Shown here: in pieces, positions 1 to 13,200 of the stretch
Layout: the number at the start of each line of letters is the position of its first letter
Numbering within the stretch: the stretch's first letter is position 1
Origin: an uncultured Nitrospinota bacterium
Lineage (GTDB): Bacteria > Tectomicrobia > Entotheonellia > J063 > CAVPRW01
DNA: 64,000 nt
Direction of reading: 5' to 3'
Assembly: GCA_963707985.1 (NCBI GenBank)
Contig: CAVPRW010000020.1
Coordinates: 69,199-133,198, forward strand
Made by a program: the position numbers and the translations under genes
Notes under the pieces: model-generated
What the model was told of the DNA's origin: nothing
Databases searched by the model: none
What the model saw: the letters and a program-made list of their open reading frames with translations, nothing else

Positions 1-73
1 AGAGGGGGATAAGAATCAGTAATCCCGCCAAGAAGGTTCGTCGAATGAAGCGGGAGCTGGGGTCTTTGGGCAT
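1..73 (-). CDS. 5' end of a probable DUF502-family membrane protein (runs off window)
   Basis: ATG at 73 with upstream GGAGG; translates MPKDPSSRFIRRTFLAGLLILIPL, resembling DUF502 N-termini. Confidence 0.5.
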   Translation of the reverse strand, partial: MPKDPSSRFIRRTFLAGLLILIPL

Positions 74-166
74 CTGGTCAGCACCTCCGGCATCCATAAC
101 TAACAGCCTATTCTAAACAGACCAGAAGCTGGGGGGAAAGTCAAGTCCGTTGGCCGTTGGATCGCT

Positions 167-1210
167 TTACTTCCCTTGCTGCAGCTTTTTCAATTGCTCT
201 ACGAAGGCGGCACACGGATCGTCATCATCGACCCGCGGCGTAAACCAGACATAATCAAAGGGTAATGCGGGCCGACCAAACCGCGCCGTGTAGGCAGTGG
301 GGTCGAGCTTGTCACGGCTGACCTCCAGGAACGCGACACTCATCACGCTCGCCTGTGGCGTAATCCTGGCGAGGTACGTTGGAATACCGTAATCGCGACG
401 CACATGTCCCGCACCGGCGATCAGCACGGCCCCGTCCTGTTGGCCCGCCGCGGCGAGGTTCTCGGCCATCTGTGCGTCGCGGGCGCGCTGCACCAGGAGC
501 ATGGCGTTAACTTGCGTGTCAGAGGCATAGCCACAGTGTGCCTCGCGGATCTCCTCCACCATTACCCCTTGTATATCGGGAGCGAGCGCTCGATCCAAGC
601 CGTGTCTGATGGCCAATGCCGTGTCCAAGGCGGCTGCACCGCTCTGCCCTAGAGATCGCGCCGTGGTTGGGGCCAGATTCGTGGCGATAATCGGTAAGTT
701 CGCTTGCAGCGCTGCTTCGGCAATCGGTTGATACATCGCCCAGGCGGGCCAGCCACTGCGCTGCCAATTGACGGCCTCGGCAAGGCCAGCGGCGTCGGTG
801 GGATGTGCAGCCAACTGGCGGGTGAGCGCTGGCAAGTCATCAACGGTGAACATCTCAAAGCCTACCGCAGGACGCTGACCAGCGGCAATCAGCGCACCTA
901 GCAGCCAGGCCTGCAGTCGATGATGGTCGGGGTTATCGTGTTTTTCGCCCAGGAGCACAAAGCGACCAGGCCTCAGACGGTCAACCAGCCTAGCACTATC
1001 GATGAGCTCGCCCGCTGCCACATCCCAGATCCGCCCCACGAGGGGATGGTCTTGTCCAAGGGGCGCTTGCCATGGTTCTTCAGGCGGACCGCCAAGCGCC
1101 AATCCTGCGAGCAATATCCAGAGCATACAGGCACTCGCGGCCCTGACCAATCTGCATAGATGGTGACAGTCCAAAACACCCATGTCGAAACCCCTGAAAC
1201 GCGCTACCAT
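167..1210 (-). CDS. ChaN/Tiki-superfamily heme-uptake-like protein (true start probably ~1125-1180)
   Basis: LLGEKHDNPDHH, GFEMF, QRARDAQMA and IAGAGH motifs; hydrophobic N-terminal signal. Confidence 0.85.
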   Translation of the reverse strand: MVARFRGFDMGVLDCHHLCRLVRAASACMLWILLAGLALGGPPEEPWQAPLGQDHPLVGRIWDVAAGELIDSARLVDRLRPGRFVLLGEKHDNPDHHRLQAWLLGALIAAGQRPAVGFEMFTVDDLPALTRQLAAHPTDAAGLAEAVNWQRSGWPAWAMYQPIAEAALQANLPIIATNLAPTTARSLGQSGAAALDTALAIRHGLDRALAPDIQGVMVEEIREAHCGYASDTQVNAMLLVQRARDAQMAENLAAAGQQDGAVLIAGAGHVRRDYGIPTYLARITPQASVMSVAFLEVSRDKLDPTAYTARFGRPALPFDYVWFTPRVDDDDPCAAFVEQLKKLQQGK

Positions 1211-1986
1211 CTGACCTATAGCGAGTCGACGTCAAACCAGGGATGCTGTGGCAGCGCCAGTCCACATTTTTCATAGAGGACCAATCCTACCGACCCGAGC
1301 ATCGGCCCAGGAGCCGATAAGGAGCATGGTTAAATCAACATGAACCAAATGTCAAGTTTCGCCCAGGACCGGAATATTAGCAGATTGCAGCCTGAGGACG
1401 CCTGGCCCGATGTGTTAGCCTCAGAGCGCGCCGACGGGGGGTGCAGTGACCGTACCCATCGCACAATTTCCCTCTTGACAGCGAAAGCACATTAGCGGTA
1501 TAAATGTAAAATCTTCTTTGCAGTCCATCCCCACATACTGCTTCACCTTTGGGAGGATTATGGATACCATGAGTAGTAGGAGACGGTCCTGGCCACAGAT
1601 GGCGATCGGCAGCAATCGTCGTCGTGTGTGCAACGACCGGGACTCTCTAGGGCTCATGGCATCCCTCATGCTCCCCTATGCCCTGTGTACCAGGGCTCCC
1701 AGCGGATTTCTCTTGCGCTAGACACAGGCAGCAAGAGACTCCGTTCCATTCTTGACGAGTTCGTAATCTTTCCCTGTTTTTAGCGTATTGCCGTTCGGCT
1801 CTGTCTTGTGGTGGACGATCTTTGCGGGCAGTGCGCGTTCTCCATGGCTGTGGTAGGCTGCCTCGTCCAGGCCCATGAAGGACGGTATGGGGGCGATTCC
1901 AATGTTCTCAGTCGTCTCTTACACAACACACCACATGAGATTGTGGTCCGTAGCCATATCAACATAACGAAATTACCACGATGTAA

Positions 1987-3828
<1,842 letters not shown>

Positions 3829-4296
3829 GCCATGTGTGCCCGGCGCACGAGGCGGTGCGAAGACCACTGCCGACGCGTCGGGCTCTCAGTGGGGTTAGCC
3901 TCTGATCTGGTCCACAGATGTGGACGATTTCATCTGCAACATGCAGCACCTTGCACGTCCCTGCTCATTACTCGGTCGGGAACATCGTTCTCCATACGCA
4001 ACCTCGCTAGAATCGTGCAACGGATACGTGCCAGATACGCTGTCGTCTCCGATCGTGGCGCTCCTCTTGCCGCCGTGAGATCACATCCTCTCCTCAGCCT
4101 ATTATATCTTGACGCCATGATAGCACACCGCATGATGCGCCACACATGATAGCTGTGCGATGCAATCTGACGCCCCGGCGGCGACTAAACCTACCGGACT
4201 GCGTCCAGGTGTGATACAGTGCGCACGATCGATCCGCTTGACGGCAAGCGGTGCATTCGAAGCGTCTCAGGATTCGTGTACAGAGAGGAGGGGGGC

Positions 4297-4758
4297 ATGA
4301 TGAAGACACTGGTACTCTCGACAGTCGTGATGGCAATGGTATTGCTGGGCGCGGCATCTGGGGTGGTGGCGCAATCCGGCGACGAGGCAGCCGTGTCGCA
4401 GGCTGTTGAAGCGTTCCGCAATGCGGCGCTCAAGGCCGACCGGGGCCAATTCGAGGCACTTACCGCGGACCAGCTCAGCTATGGCCATTCAGCGGGACGG
4501 GTCGAGAACAAAACCCAGTTTATCAACGGCGCGACGAGCGGACAATCGCGTTGGAAGTTCATCACCCTCACGGACCAGACCATCCAAATTGTCGGCAATA
4601 CCGCCATCGTGCGGCACACGTTCACGGGCGAAAGCGAACGTGATGGGAAGACCAACCCGGTGAAGATCGGCGTCTTAATGATCTGGGACAAGCAAGACGG
4701 CAAATGGAAGCTGCTGGCGAGGCAGGCTGTGAGGCTCGAAGAACCACGAACCAATTAA
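4297..4758 (+). CDS. Secreted NTF2/SnoaL-like (DUF4440) protein
   Basis: Signal peptide, LSYGHSAGRVENK, WDKQDGKWKLLARQA; RBS GAGGAG. Confidence 0.85.
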   Translation: MMKTLVLSTVVMAMVLLGAASGVVAQSGDEAAVSQAVEAFRNAALKADRGQFEALTADQLSYGHSAGRVENKTQFINGATSGQSRWKFITLTDQTIQIVGNTAIVRHTFTGESERDGKTNPVKIGVLMIWDKQDGKWKLLARQAVRLEEPRTN

Positions 4759-4896
4759 GCGAGGGACTACTTGGTCCTAGGCCCGCCGGTCGAGCCGCGG
4801 AAGCGGTGCCTGTGACATGCCCGCCGCGGCGACCGGCGAGCTCTGCTTTACACTCCCGATGCTTGCTTCTGGCTTTCCCCTCTGGGAGGAGTGGTC

Positions 4897-5028
4897 ATGC
4901 CCAAACCCTTCTTTCAGCGCCTGCAGTTGGAACCCATCCATGTGGCCTTCGAGGACATCATCCCGGCAGCGTCCACGGCGGCCCGGGTGCAGCAACGCGC
5001 CGTCTACAAGGACCTGATCCACAAGTAG
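4897..5028 (+). CDS. Putative 43-aa small protein MPKPFFQRLQLEPIHVAFEDIIPAASTAARVQQRAVYKDLIHK
   Basis: GGAGGAG RBS just upstream of ATG; below the ORF-track size cutoff. Confidence 0.4.
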   Translation: MPKPFFQRLQLEPIHVAFEDIIPAASTAARVQQRAVYKDLIHK

Positions 5029-5479
5029 GGCCATTTCCTCACAGAAACGATCCGAGAGAGGGTTGAGAGCCGGTTGCGTCCGTATCGGCAGCGGGCTTGG
5101 TGTGCCTTCCGGCGCCTGACCCCGCCGCACGCATAGCCTGACGGGGGCAACTCCTTCAGTGCGTACAGTGGTGGACGTTGGTCGAAGGAACTGGGGCAGG
5201 AGCCTGCACCCACTGTTGCCAGGCGCACACATTGATGCAGAGCTGTTGCTCAGATAACAGTTGGCAGGTCCAACGATCCCTTTTGGCCAGATGTCTATAA
5301 CACGTCATGACGCAATCCTCAGCCACTTCACGCCCCCTAAGACAGCTTGGCATCTACTGTGCAGCCTGTCGTCTTGGCAGATGATACCCGGCTTTGGCCA
5401 AGGCAAGCTCGGCGCTCATCGTGAGATGCTGTCCGGATAACTCTGACGCCCGACTAGGGAAATGGTGAGGAGATAGACT

Positions 5480-5710
5480 ATGCTGATCGAATCCATCGTG
5501 GTGGGCATGGGGGCTTTACTCATCTGCGTCAGCGCGGTCATGATCTCTCTACGCCCTCCGCAGTGCCCCACGTGCCTCATTCCGCTGCAAACCGTCGAGG
5601 AAACGATACGAGATTTGGGGCCATATGGGGTGGAGACGGCCACGTATTACGAGTGCTCTGACTGTTATCGAGATCTGCGTCGCGTCTTCATTCTTACCCA
5701 TATAGGGTAG
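5480..5710 (+). CDS. Small membrane-anchored zinc-ribbon protein
   Basis: N-terminal TM helix, CPTC...CSDC; RBS GAGGAG. Confidence 0.6.
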   Translation: MLIESIVVGMGALLICVSAVMISLRPPQCPTCLIPLQTVEETIRDLGPYGVETATYYECSDCYRDLRRVFILTHIG

Positions 5711-5807
5711 GTCAGTGCTGGAGCGCTCTGACCTCGGTACTAAGGGATCGTTACAGCTCGACGGGGCACAGATGAGATGTGATGGAGCTCTGATCGGTGG
5801 TGCGATC

Positions 5808-6218
5808 TCATCTTCGGGCGACGAGAAGCGGCATGATGCCAAACACCCCCAGCATCACGATGTATACCGTTCCCGACACGGGATCTCGGCTTGCGAAATA
5901 GTCTTCCATCGAAAGACCCTGCAGCCAGAGGACCACCGTGAATTCCGCGACCAGCAACAGACCTAGTGCGATTAGACCAATGCCAAACCGTTGAGACGGG
6001 ATTGGTGGCACCGCGAGATGTCGAACTGTCCAGCGCGCCGCGAAAGTGATGACAACGAACATGACGGGCATCTCGATTAACTCAGCCGGCCTCGTGCCGA
6101 AAGCCGGCGCTGCCCACAGGATGCGAATGGGCCCAAGCACGAAACCAGCTCCAAACACCAGAACGAAATAGAGCAGGCCGGCTTGTAGAATCTGTATGAC
6201 GACTCGTGACCTTCGCAT
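5808..6218 (-). CDS. Hypothetical 4-TM membrane protein
   Basis: Four hydrophobic segments; YFVLVFGAGFVLGPIR, YFASRDPVSGTVY. Confidence 0.75.
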   Translation of the reverse strand: MRRSRVVIQILQAGLLYFVLVFGAGFVLGPIRILWAAPAFGTRPAELIEMPVMFVVITFAARWTVRHLAVPPIPSQRFGIGLIALGLLLVAEFTVVLWLQGLSMEDYFASRDPVSGTVYIVMLGVFGIMPLLVARR

Positions 6219-6622
6219 ACGCCAGGTATCCTACTCGCTCAGCATTCAGGTCCGTCGACCCAAGCCTTCGTTAGACCAGCTCTGACATCATCCAGGCTGA
6301 CCAAGATTGCTTATCTGCAAAAATAATCCAGCGCCTCAAGCCTTTGCGAGAGGCGCTCGATCTCCACGTCCGCCCCGCATGATCGAAGCAAGATAGCTCT
6401 TGTCTCCCTCTTCGGGGAGCCACCACAGCTGCAAACCCCTGGATAGCCGCAAGGCCGTTGACAGCCCTTGGACGTCAGACTATTGTTGCCTCAAACATGC
6501 CAGGCTGCCCTGAATATCTGCCTATTTCTTCTCTTCGCACGCGACAGCGAAGGCTCGGGCAGAACCGAGAAGGGAGGATGGGCCTGTGACCTGCCTCTCC
6601 GAACCTAATTTCGGCACTTATT

Positions 6623-6656
6623 CCCCCTCTCCCGCCGGGAGAGGGCAGGGTGAGGG
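6623..6656. repeat. REP-like palindrome (CCCTCTCCC..GGGAGAGGG..GGGTGAGGG)
   Basis: Same motif at 49348-49380 and 50218-50252. Confidence 0.7.
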
Positions 6657-6757
6657 CCAAATAGAGCATGGGGAACAGTTACGGCTGAAAGTTTGCCATA
6701 CGCGAATCTGAAAACCGCTATAAGTTGGTTCAGGCCTGGGCTCATGGAGGCGAAAAG

Positions 6758-7837
6758 ATGCTAGATGAGCACATCAAATCTCCGGCGGATGCGGCAGCGG
6801 TGCAGTTTGGTATCTTCGACTGGATCGATCGGAATCAGCTATCGCTTCCTGACCTGTACGAGCAGCGCCTGCAATGCCTGGAATACGCCGACGAGGCCGG
6901 CTTTTACTGCTACCATCTCGCCGAGCACCAAGCCACGCCGCTGGGCATGGCCCCCTCACCCAGTCTATTCCTATCAGCTGCCATCCAGCGTACCCATCGC
7001 CTGCGCTTGGGGCCACTGGTCTATCTGCTGCCGCTCTACAACCCTCTCCGACTCATCCAGGAAATCTGTATGCTGGACAACATGAGCCGCGGCAGACTGG
7101 AAGTTGGCGTCGGCCGTGGGGTTTCTCCCTACGAGCTGGCCTTCTACCAGGTGACTCCACAGCAAGCCCGCACCATGTTCCGGGAAGCGTTGGATATCCT
7201 CACCTCGGGCCTGACCAGCGGCGAGGTCTCCTACGCCGGCGAGTACTACACGTTCAAGCCCGTACGGCTGCACATCGAGCCCTTCCAGCGTCCCTATCCG
7301 CCTCTCTGGTATCCTACCGACAACACCAACTCGATCAGGTGGTTGGCCGAGGAGGGACTCAACACCATCACGCATTACCCCCCCATGACCACCATGCGTG
7401 AGCTGTTTGACCTCTATAAACAGGTCTGGCAGGAGCACCAGACCAATCCGAAGCGCTTGAACGCGCACGTGGCCGCACCCAAATACGGCATCGTCCGACA
7501 TGTCTATGTTGCCGAGACTGACGCCCAGGCCCTGCAAGAAGCGAAGGCCGCCTTTGCCGCCTTCATCTACAACTTCAACTATCTGCGCCTGGTGAACGGT
7601 GATACAAGCGGCCGGGCAGCGTACCTGGCGGACTTTGACGCACGCCTGGCCGAGGGGCTGCACATCGTCGGCTCGCCTGACACCGTCAAAAAGCGGGTAC
7701 AGGAGCACTTGCAGATTACCGGTTCGAACTACTTCGTCGGCTCGTTCTGCTTTGGCACCCTCACTCATGCGCAAACGCTGCGCTCCCTGCGCCTGTTCGC
7801 CGAGGAGGTCATGCCGGCCGTTCGCGGCCCCGAGTAG
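6758..7837 (+). CDS. LLM-class (luciferase-like) flavin-dependent oxidoreductase
   Basis: YHLAEHQATP, LDNMSRGRLEVGVGRG, IVGSPDTV, LRLFAEEVMPA. Confidence 0.92.
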   Translation: MLDEHIKSPADAAAVQFGIFDWIDRNQLSLPDLYEQRLQCLEYADEAGFYCYHLAEHQATPLGMAPSPSLFLSAAIQRTHRLRLGPLVYLLPLYNPLRLIQEICMLDNMSRGRLEVGVGRGVSPYELAFYQVTPQQARTMFREALDILTSGLTSGEVSYAGEYYTFKPVRLHIEPFQRPYPPLWYPTDNTNSIRWLAEEGLNTITHYPPMTTMRELFDLYKQVWQEHQTNPKRLNAHVAAPKYGIVRHVYVAETDAQALQEAKAAFAAFIYNFNYLRLVNGDTSGRAAYLADFDARLAEGLHIVGSPDTVKKRVQEHLQITGSNYFVGSFCFGTLTHAQTLRSLRLFAEEVMPAVRGPE

Positions 7838-7907
7838 AGGAGGTGAGAAAGCCGCTCCCCGGCGGATGTGCGGAGCGACTGTTGAGGGAATATGCAACCT
7901 CGCGCCG

Positions 7908-10900
7908 TCATGATCTATCCCCGAGCACCTCGACGAACTCGGCCACGACCTGCAACTCGCCCTCCTCCGCAGCCGTGAGCTCGATGGGCTGGAAGTCCGG
8001 GTTGACGGGCTTCAGGGTGATTCGGATGTGACGCCAGGAGTCGCCATCCACGACCTTCTCGCTCTCGTAGCGCTTGACGGTGTAGCGCTCGCCGGTCTCG
8101 GGATCGATGGCGTCGCGCAGTTGCACGAGCACGGTCTTGCCCTGGCGCGTGCCGGTGACGGGGCGCGCGAAGAGGCAGTACGAGCCGTCGGGGATGGCGG
8201 GCTCCATCGACTTGCCGACGACCTGGGCGACGAACATGCCCGGGCGCAGGCGGCGCTTCGACTCGACGGCGACCCACTCCCAGCCGTCGTCCTCGACGTG
8301 CTGCGGATCGCTGAACGCTCCGGCAGCGGCCTTGAGCGGGACGAGCGGCACGCAGGTGACGTAGCGCTCCTCGGGGCGTGGTTCGACGATCCGGAGCCTT
8401 GGCCGCGTTCGGTGACACCGTCCATGGGTGCCGCGGCAGTGCGCTCTCGCAGCCGCGTCGCTGCGCAGCCGCCGTGTACGCCTCCGAGGCCATCCAGGCG
8501 GTGACGATCTTCTGAAACGGCAGATCGTTCATGAACCGCACGAAGATCTCCTCGTTCTGATCCATGCGCTCGACGAAGAGATTCTCGAGCAGGTTCTTGA
8601 ACACCAGCTCGAACTTGTCGCCGGGATTCACCGCCGCCGCCTGCCGCAGGCCGTCGTCGGCCATGGCCGCCTCGACGATCTGATCGAAGAAGAGCTGGTC
8701 GGCCTGGTTGAAGTCCGTGCCGAAGCGCTCGTTCACGATGTCGATCAGCTGCGAGAGCGGCACCGGCTGCGTCGCGCACCAGGCCGCTGCCGACCTCCGT
8801 CGGGCCGTCGAGCGGCCGCGCCTCGCCCTCCTGCAGGCGAGATCGATCCCTCGCTGATCTTCTGCAGGCGGTAGTACTCCAGCCGCACCTCGTCGTCGAA
8901 CTGGTACGCCGGGCCGCTGCTGCGCCGTCGGGCAGCTTCGCCGCCAGATGCCGGAGGAACACGTACAGCCGTTCGAGGTCCGAGTCCTGGTACGGAATGA
9001 CCTGGCTCAGGAAGCCGTAGAGGTTGCGGAACGCCTGCACCTTGCCGCGCCAGAGCTCCGCCTCCTCCTCGTCGTCCTTCTGGCAGCACCGCGAAGCGCG
9101 ACACCGCCGGATCGAGCGCCGCGTTCATCGCCTGATGATCCATCGGCGCTCTGCCGCTGCTTCGGCTTGAAGTAGACGGCGCAGAAGCGCTCGACCTCCT
9201 CGGCCAGGTAGATGCCCGACGCATCCAGCTCGCCCTTGATCTGGTACATGCGGGCCGGGTCGACTTCCTCGCCCATCTCCGCGCCTTCGTAGTAGGTCTT
9301 GAACGCCTCGCGGATCTCCTCGCGGTCGTTCACGAAGTCGAGGACGAAGGTGTCTTCCTTGAGCGGATGGATGCGGTTCAGGCGCGAGAGCGTCTGCACG
9401 GCCTGAATGCCCGCCAGCCGCTTGTCCACATACATCGTGTGCAGCAGCGGCTGATCGAAGCCGGTCTGGTACTTCTCCGCCACGAGCAGCACCTGGTACT
9501 CCTGCGTCGCGAACTTCTCCGGCAGCTCCTTCTCCCGGATGCCGTGGTTCATGCCTCTCTTCGGTGTAGGTCACGTCCGGCGAGCTTGTCGTCCTGCACC
9601 GTGCCGGAGAACGCCACCAGCGTCTTGATGGCGTAGCCCTTCTCCTGGATGTACCGGTCGAAGCTCTGCTTGTAGCGCACGGCTTCCAGGCGCGAGCCGG
9701 TCACCACCATCGCCTTGGCCCGGCCGCCGATCTTGTGGCGCGTGACGGCGCTGGAAGTGCTCGACCATCACCTCGGTCTTCTGCGCGATGTTGTGCGGGT
9801 GCAGCCTCATGAAGCGCGCCAGCGCCTGCGCCGCCTTCTTGCGCTCGACGTTCGGGATCGTCCTCGCAGGCCTTGAGCAGCTTGAAGTAGGTCGCGTAGG
9901 TCGTGTAGTGCTTCAGCACGTCGAGGATGAACTCTTCCTCGATCGCCTGCCGCATGGTGTAGCGGTGCGACGGGCTGCCCATCGCGGCCGAACACGGCGA
10001 GCGTCTTGTGCTTCGGCGTGGCGGTGAAGGCGAAGAAGCTCAGGTTCGCCTGCCGGCCGCGCTTGGCCATGCTGCGGAAGAGCTCCTCCATGTCCTCGCG
10101 GCCTTCCTCGGCCGCGCGCTTCTGCGCCTCCTCCCGCAGCCCCTCGCCGCCGAGCACCTCCTTGAGGTCGGTCGCCGTCTCGCCGCCCTGCGAGCTGTGC
10201 GCCTCGTCGATGATCACGGCGCAGCGCCGCGTCGGCAGCGTGCCCGTGCCGCTCGCGCCGCGCTCCTCGGCCATCTTGAGCAACTGTCGCGAGACGAACG
10301 GGAACTTCTGCAGCGTGGTGATGATGACCGGCACGGCGTTCTCGAGCGCCTCGGCCAGCTGCCGCGAGCTCTCGTCGATCTTCTGCACGACGCCGCGCTT
10401 GTGCTCGAACTGGTAGATCGTGTCCTGCAAGCTGCTGGTCGAGCACCACGCGGTCGGTCACCACGATCACGCTGTCGAAGACCCGCTGGTTCGTCGGCGT
10501 CGTGCAGCGACGCCAGCCGATGCGCCAGCCAGCCGATGGTGTTGCTCTTGCCGCTGCCCGCCGAGTGCTCGACGAGGTAGTTGTGCCCCACGCCCTCGCT
10601 GCCGCGCCGCGTCCACCAGCATGCGCACCGCCTGAAGCTGGTGGTAGCGCGGGAAGATCATCGTCTCCGTCTTGACCTTGCGGCCCTGGTCGTCGCGCTT
10701 CTCCTCGATCTGCAGGTGGATGAAGCGCGCCAGCAGGTCGAGCAGGCTGTCCCGCTGCAGCACCTCCTCCCACAGATAGGCCGTGCGATAGGTCCGCCCG
10801 GCCGGATCCGGCGGGTTGCCGGCGCCGCCGTCGCAGCCCTTGTTGAAGGGCAGGAAGTGCGTCGCCGTGCCCGCCAGCCGCGTGGTCATCAGCACCGACT

Positions 10901-11487
10901 CGGTGTCCACGGCGAAGTGGACCAGCGTGCGCCGCTTGAACTCGAAGATCGGCTCGCGCGGGTCGCGGTCCTGCTTGTACTGCCGGCGCGCATCCTCCAC
11001 CGTCTGGCCCGGTGAGCGGGTTCTTCAGCTCCACCGTGGCGACGGGGATGCCGTTCAGGCTGAGCGTGACGTCGAGCGACTTCTCCGAGCGCGGCGAGAA
11101 GTGAAGCTGCCGGGTGAGCCCCAGGCGGTTCGCCGCGTAGCGCGCCTCCAGCTCCGGGTTCAGCTCGTGCGCCGCCTTGAAGAAGGCCACGTGCAGCGTC
11201 CGCCCGTAGCACTTGAAGCCGTGGCGCAGCGTCGCCAGCGACGCCGTTGGCGTCCATCCACTTGCACAGGTCGCCGAGGATCTGCTCGCCGGTCTTCTCG
11301 CCGTGCAGCGCCTCCAGCTTGGCCCACTCCTTCGGCTGGGTCTCGCGGATGAAGGCGAGCACCGTCTCGGGGAAGATCGCGCGCTCGCGGTCGAAGCCGT
11401 CGCGGCTCGACGGTCACGTAGCCGTTGGCTGAGGAGGTGCGCTTCGATGACGGTCTCGAAGGCGGCTTCGCTATGTCGCTGGCTCAT
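7908..11487 (-). CDS. hsdR: Type I restriction subunit HsdR (several frameshifts), apparently with a C-terminal S24/LexA-type peptidase domain
   Basis: Pieces across frames: [42 protein letters not shown] (Walker A), [34 protein letters not shown]; terminal VVGKSMEP...YTVKRY. Confidence 0.9.
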
Positions 11488-11535
11488 ACCCTTGCTCCAT
11501 CTGCAAGGCCATCGGGATTCCACTGGCCCACTGTC

Positions 11536-11956
11536 CTATGCCTTCAGCAGACATATAAAGCCTGCTTGCTCAAAGTGGTGATCTGTGGTGAAGGCATCGT
11601 GGAGACCATACTGCTGCATGACCACAAAACTCACACAGTCGACGAGACTCCACTCCTTGTCCGGGCGCTCGGTAAACAACTGCCACGCCTGAGCATCGAG
11701 TGTTGGGTCCACATGCACAATGTCCACGTATGGCGAAGCTTTCAATCCCGTAATGAACGCAACGATTTGTGTATGTGGAATCCGGAGCGGACTCATCAGG
11801 AGCGCTACGAGTTCCGTGAGGATGTAGTTTGTGGTGATGAACGATGCGTCCCTGTTGCCGGGCACCACGGTAGATGGTTGCCGCACGGTGGTGATACGCC
11901 TGTGTGGCATCAACAAGATGTCCCCATCCAGCGGTGTCTGCAAAGATATCAGGCAT
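11536..11956 (-). CDS. vapC: VapC-type PIN-domain toxin (frameshift ~11848)
   Basis: IFADTAGW...TTNYILTE...WSLVDCVSF...AFTTDHHFEQAGF. Confidence 0.88.
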
Positions 11957-12217
11957 CAGGCTGATCTTTAGATGTCGCAGGGTCCATGGAACCCTGGCGG
12001 CCTTCCCCAGGTATGCATCATGCTGATCGGCCCAGTCGGCAGCATGGCTGCGGAAGGCACCAATAAATTGCTCTAACGGGTCGTCAACCCGGTGCTGGGT
12101 AGCAGTAGCTAATAACTGGACCGCGACAGCTTCGGGCGGTTGGCCAGTCTGCTCTGCCTGTTGGATTAATGCTTGATACACATCTTCTGGCACGTCTAAC
12201 GTGAGCGTGTGACCCAT
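11949..12217 (-). CDS. Putative antitoxin of the PIN toxin (3' end uncertain, probable indel)
   Basis: MGHTLTLDVPEDVY...DDPLEQFIGAFRS..DWADQHDAYLG directly upstream of the PIN gene. Confidence 0.7.
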
Positions 12218-12329
12218 CTGGCTTTCCTCCATAGATGTTTTTCTTCGTATAACAATAGCATAGGAGGAGGCGTCTAACACCGCATTTTACCGCCACATTT
12301 TCCGTGCAAAGTATCCTCCGTGCTCTCGC

Positions 12330-12506
12330 GTATGGTAATTCTGCTGGTCACCGCAGCGGCTATAAGCGCGGCGAGAAGTGCAGTTGCCCGGTCAGCCCCA
12401 AGCAATTCGCGGCGTAGCACGCCTCCAGCTCTGGGTTCAGCTCATGCGCCGCTTTGAAGTAGGCCGCGTGCAGCGGTCCGCCCATACCACTTGAAGCCGT
12501 GGCGTC
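12330..12506 (-). pseudogene. Fused relics: degenerate copy of an hsdR 5' segment (~12375-12506) and an hsdS 3' end (~12330-12372)
   Basis: 12375-12506 aligns by eye with hsdR 11100-11226 ([33 protein letters not shown]); 12330-12372 encodes [13 protein letters not shown], like the HsdS end [13 protein letters not shown]. Confidence 0.75.
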
Positions 12507-12566
12507 ATGTCCCAGCGCGTGTTAGGCTTGGCCGCTGCGCCCGTGTCGTGTTCCTGGATGGTGTTG

Positions 12567-12869
12567 TTAAGCCACATGGACACGGACTTCCTGATCCAAT
12601 CTGTCAGCCAGGGCTTCACGCGTGGTTTCGAGATCGTACCGCGTTTGGAGGTTCATCCAGAATTGCGCCTCCATCCCAAAGAAGCGGCCCAATCGCAGGG
12701 CTGTATCTGCCGTGATCCCTCGCTTCCCATGGACAATCTCGTTAATGCGACGCGGCGGCACCCCGATCGCTTGGGCCAGGTGGTATTGGCTGATCTGCAT
12801 TGGCTTCAGAAAATCCTCAAGCAGAATCTCCCCAGGATGGATCGGCGGAAAGTCGCGCTTGGTCATCAT
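12567..12869 (-). CDS. higA: HigA antitoxin (XRE HTH)
   Basis: PPIHPGEILLEDFL, RRINEIVHGKRGITADTALRL, FWMNLQ. Confidence 0.95.
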   Translation of the reverse strand: MMTKRDFPPIHPGEILLEDFLKPMQISQYHLAQAIGVPPRRINEIVHGKRGITADTALRLGRFFGMEAQFWMNLQTRYDLETTREALADRLDQEVRVHVA

Positions 12870-12875
12870 TTCACC

Positions 12876-13157
12876 TCAGTGATAGTCAACAATTTCCACG
12901 TCATACGCGTCACCGTCACGCCACACAAAACACACGCGCCACTGATCGTTCACACGCATACTATGCTGTCCCTGGCGATCATGGGTCAACGCCTCGAGTC
13001 GGTTGCCAGGTGGCACGCGTAAGGTATCCAGCACAGTGGCCGCGTTGAGTTGTTCCAGCTTGCGTGCGGCTACCCGGTGCATGCTCTGCGGCAATTTGCG
13101 AGAGAATTGTCCGTGGAAGATCTTTTCGGCTTCCGTACACTTGAACGATTTGATCAT
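12876..13157 (-). CDS. higB: HigB (RelE-like) toxin
   Basis: MIKSF, LRVPPGNRLEAL, QHSMRVNDQWRVCF, EIVDYH. Confidence 0.95.
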   Translation of the reverse strand: MIKSFKCTEAEKIFHGQFSRKLPQSMHRVAARKLEQLNAATVLDTLRVPPGNRLEALTHDRQGQHSMRVNDQWRVCFVWRDGDAYDVEIVDYH

Positions 13158-13163
13158 GCATAT

Positions 13164-13200
13164 AACATAACACTTCCCGTTAATAACGCCAAGCGTTATT
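13164..13200 (-). promoter_or_regulatory. higBA promoter TTGGCG-17-TATGTT with overlapping operator palindrome AATAACGC-CAA-GCGTTATT; probably leaderless
   Basis: -35 at 13187-13192, -10 at 13164-13169, ATG at 13157; inverted repeat 13182-13200. Confidence 0.65.

Noticed and set aside
1421..1669. Leu-codon run (CTC CTA CTA CTC) as a leuA attenuator leader
   Set aside because: It lies on the strand opposite leuA and ~500 bp away, with no terminator pairing seen.
11570..12280. Antitoxin-toxin fusion protein (236-aa ORF)
   Set aside because: Best explained by indel errors joining the antitoxin to the VapC N-terminus.
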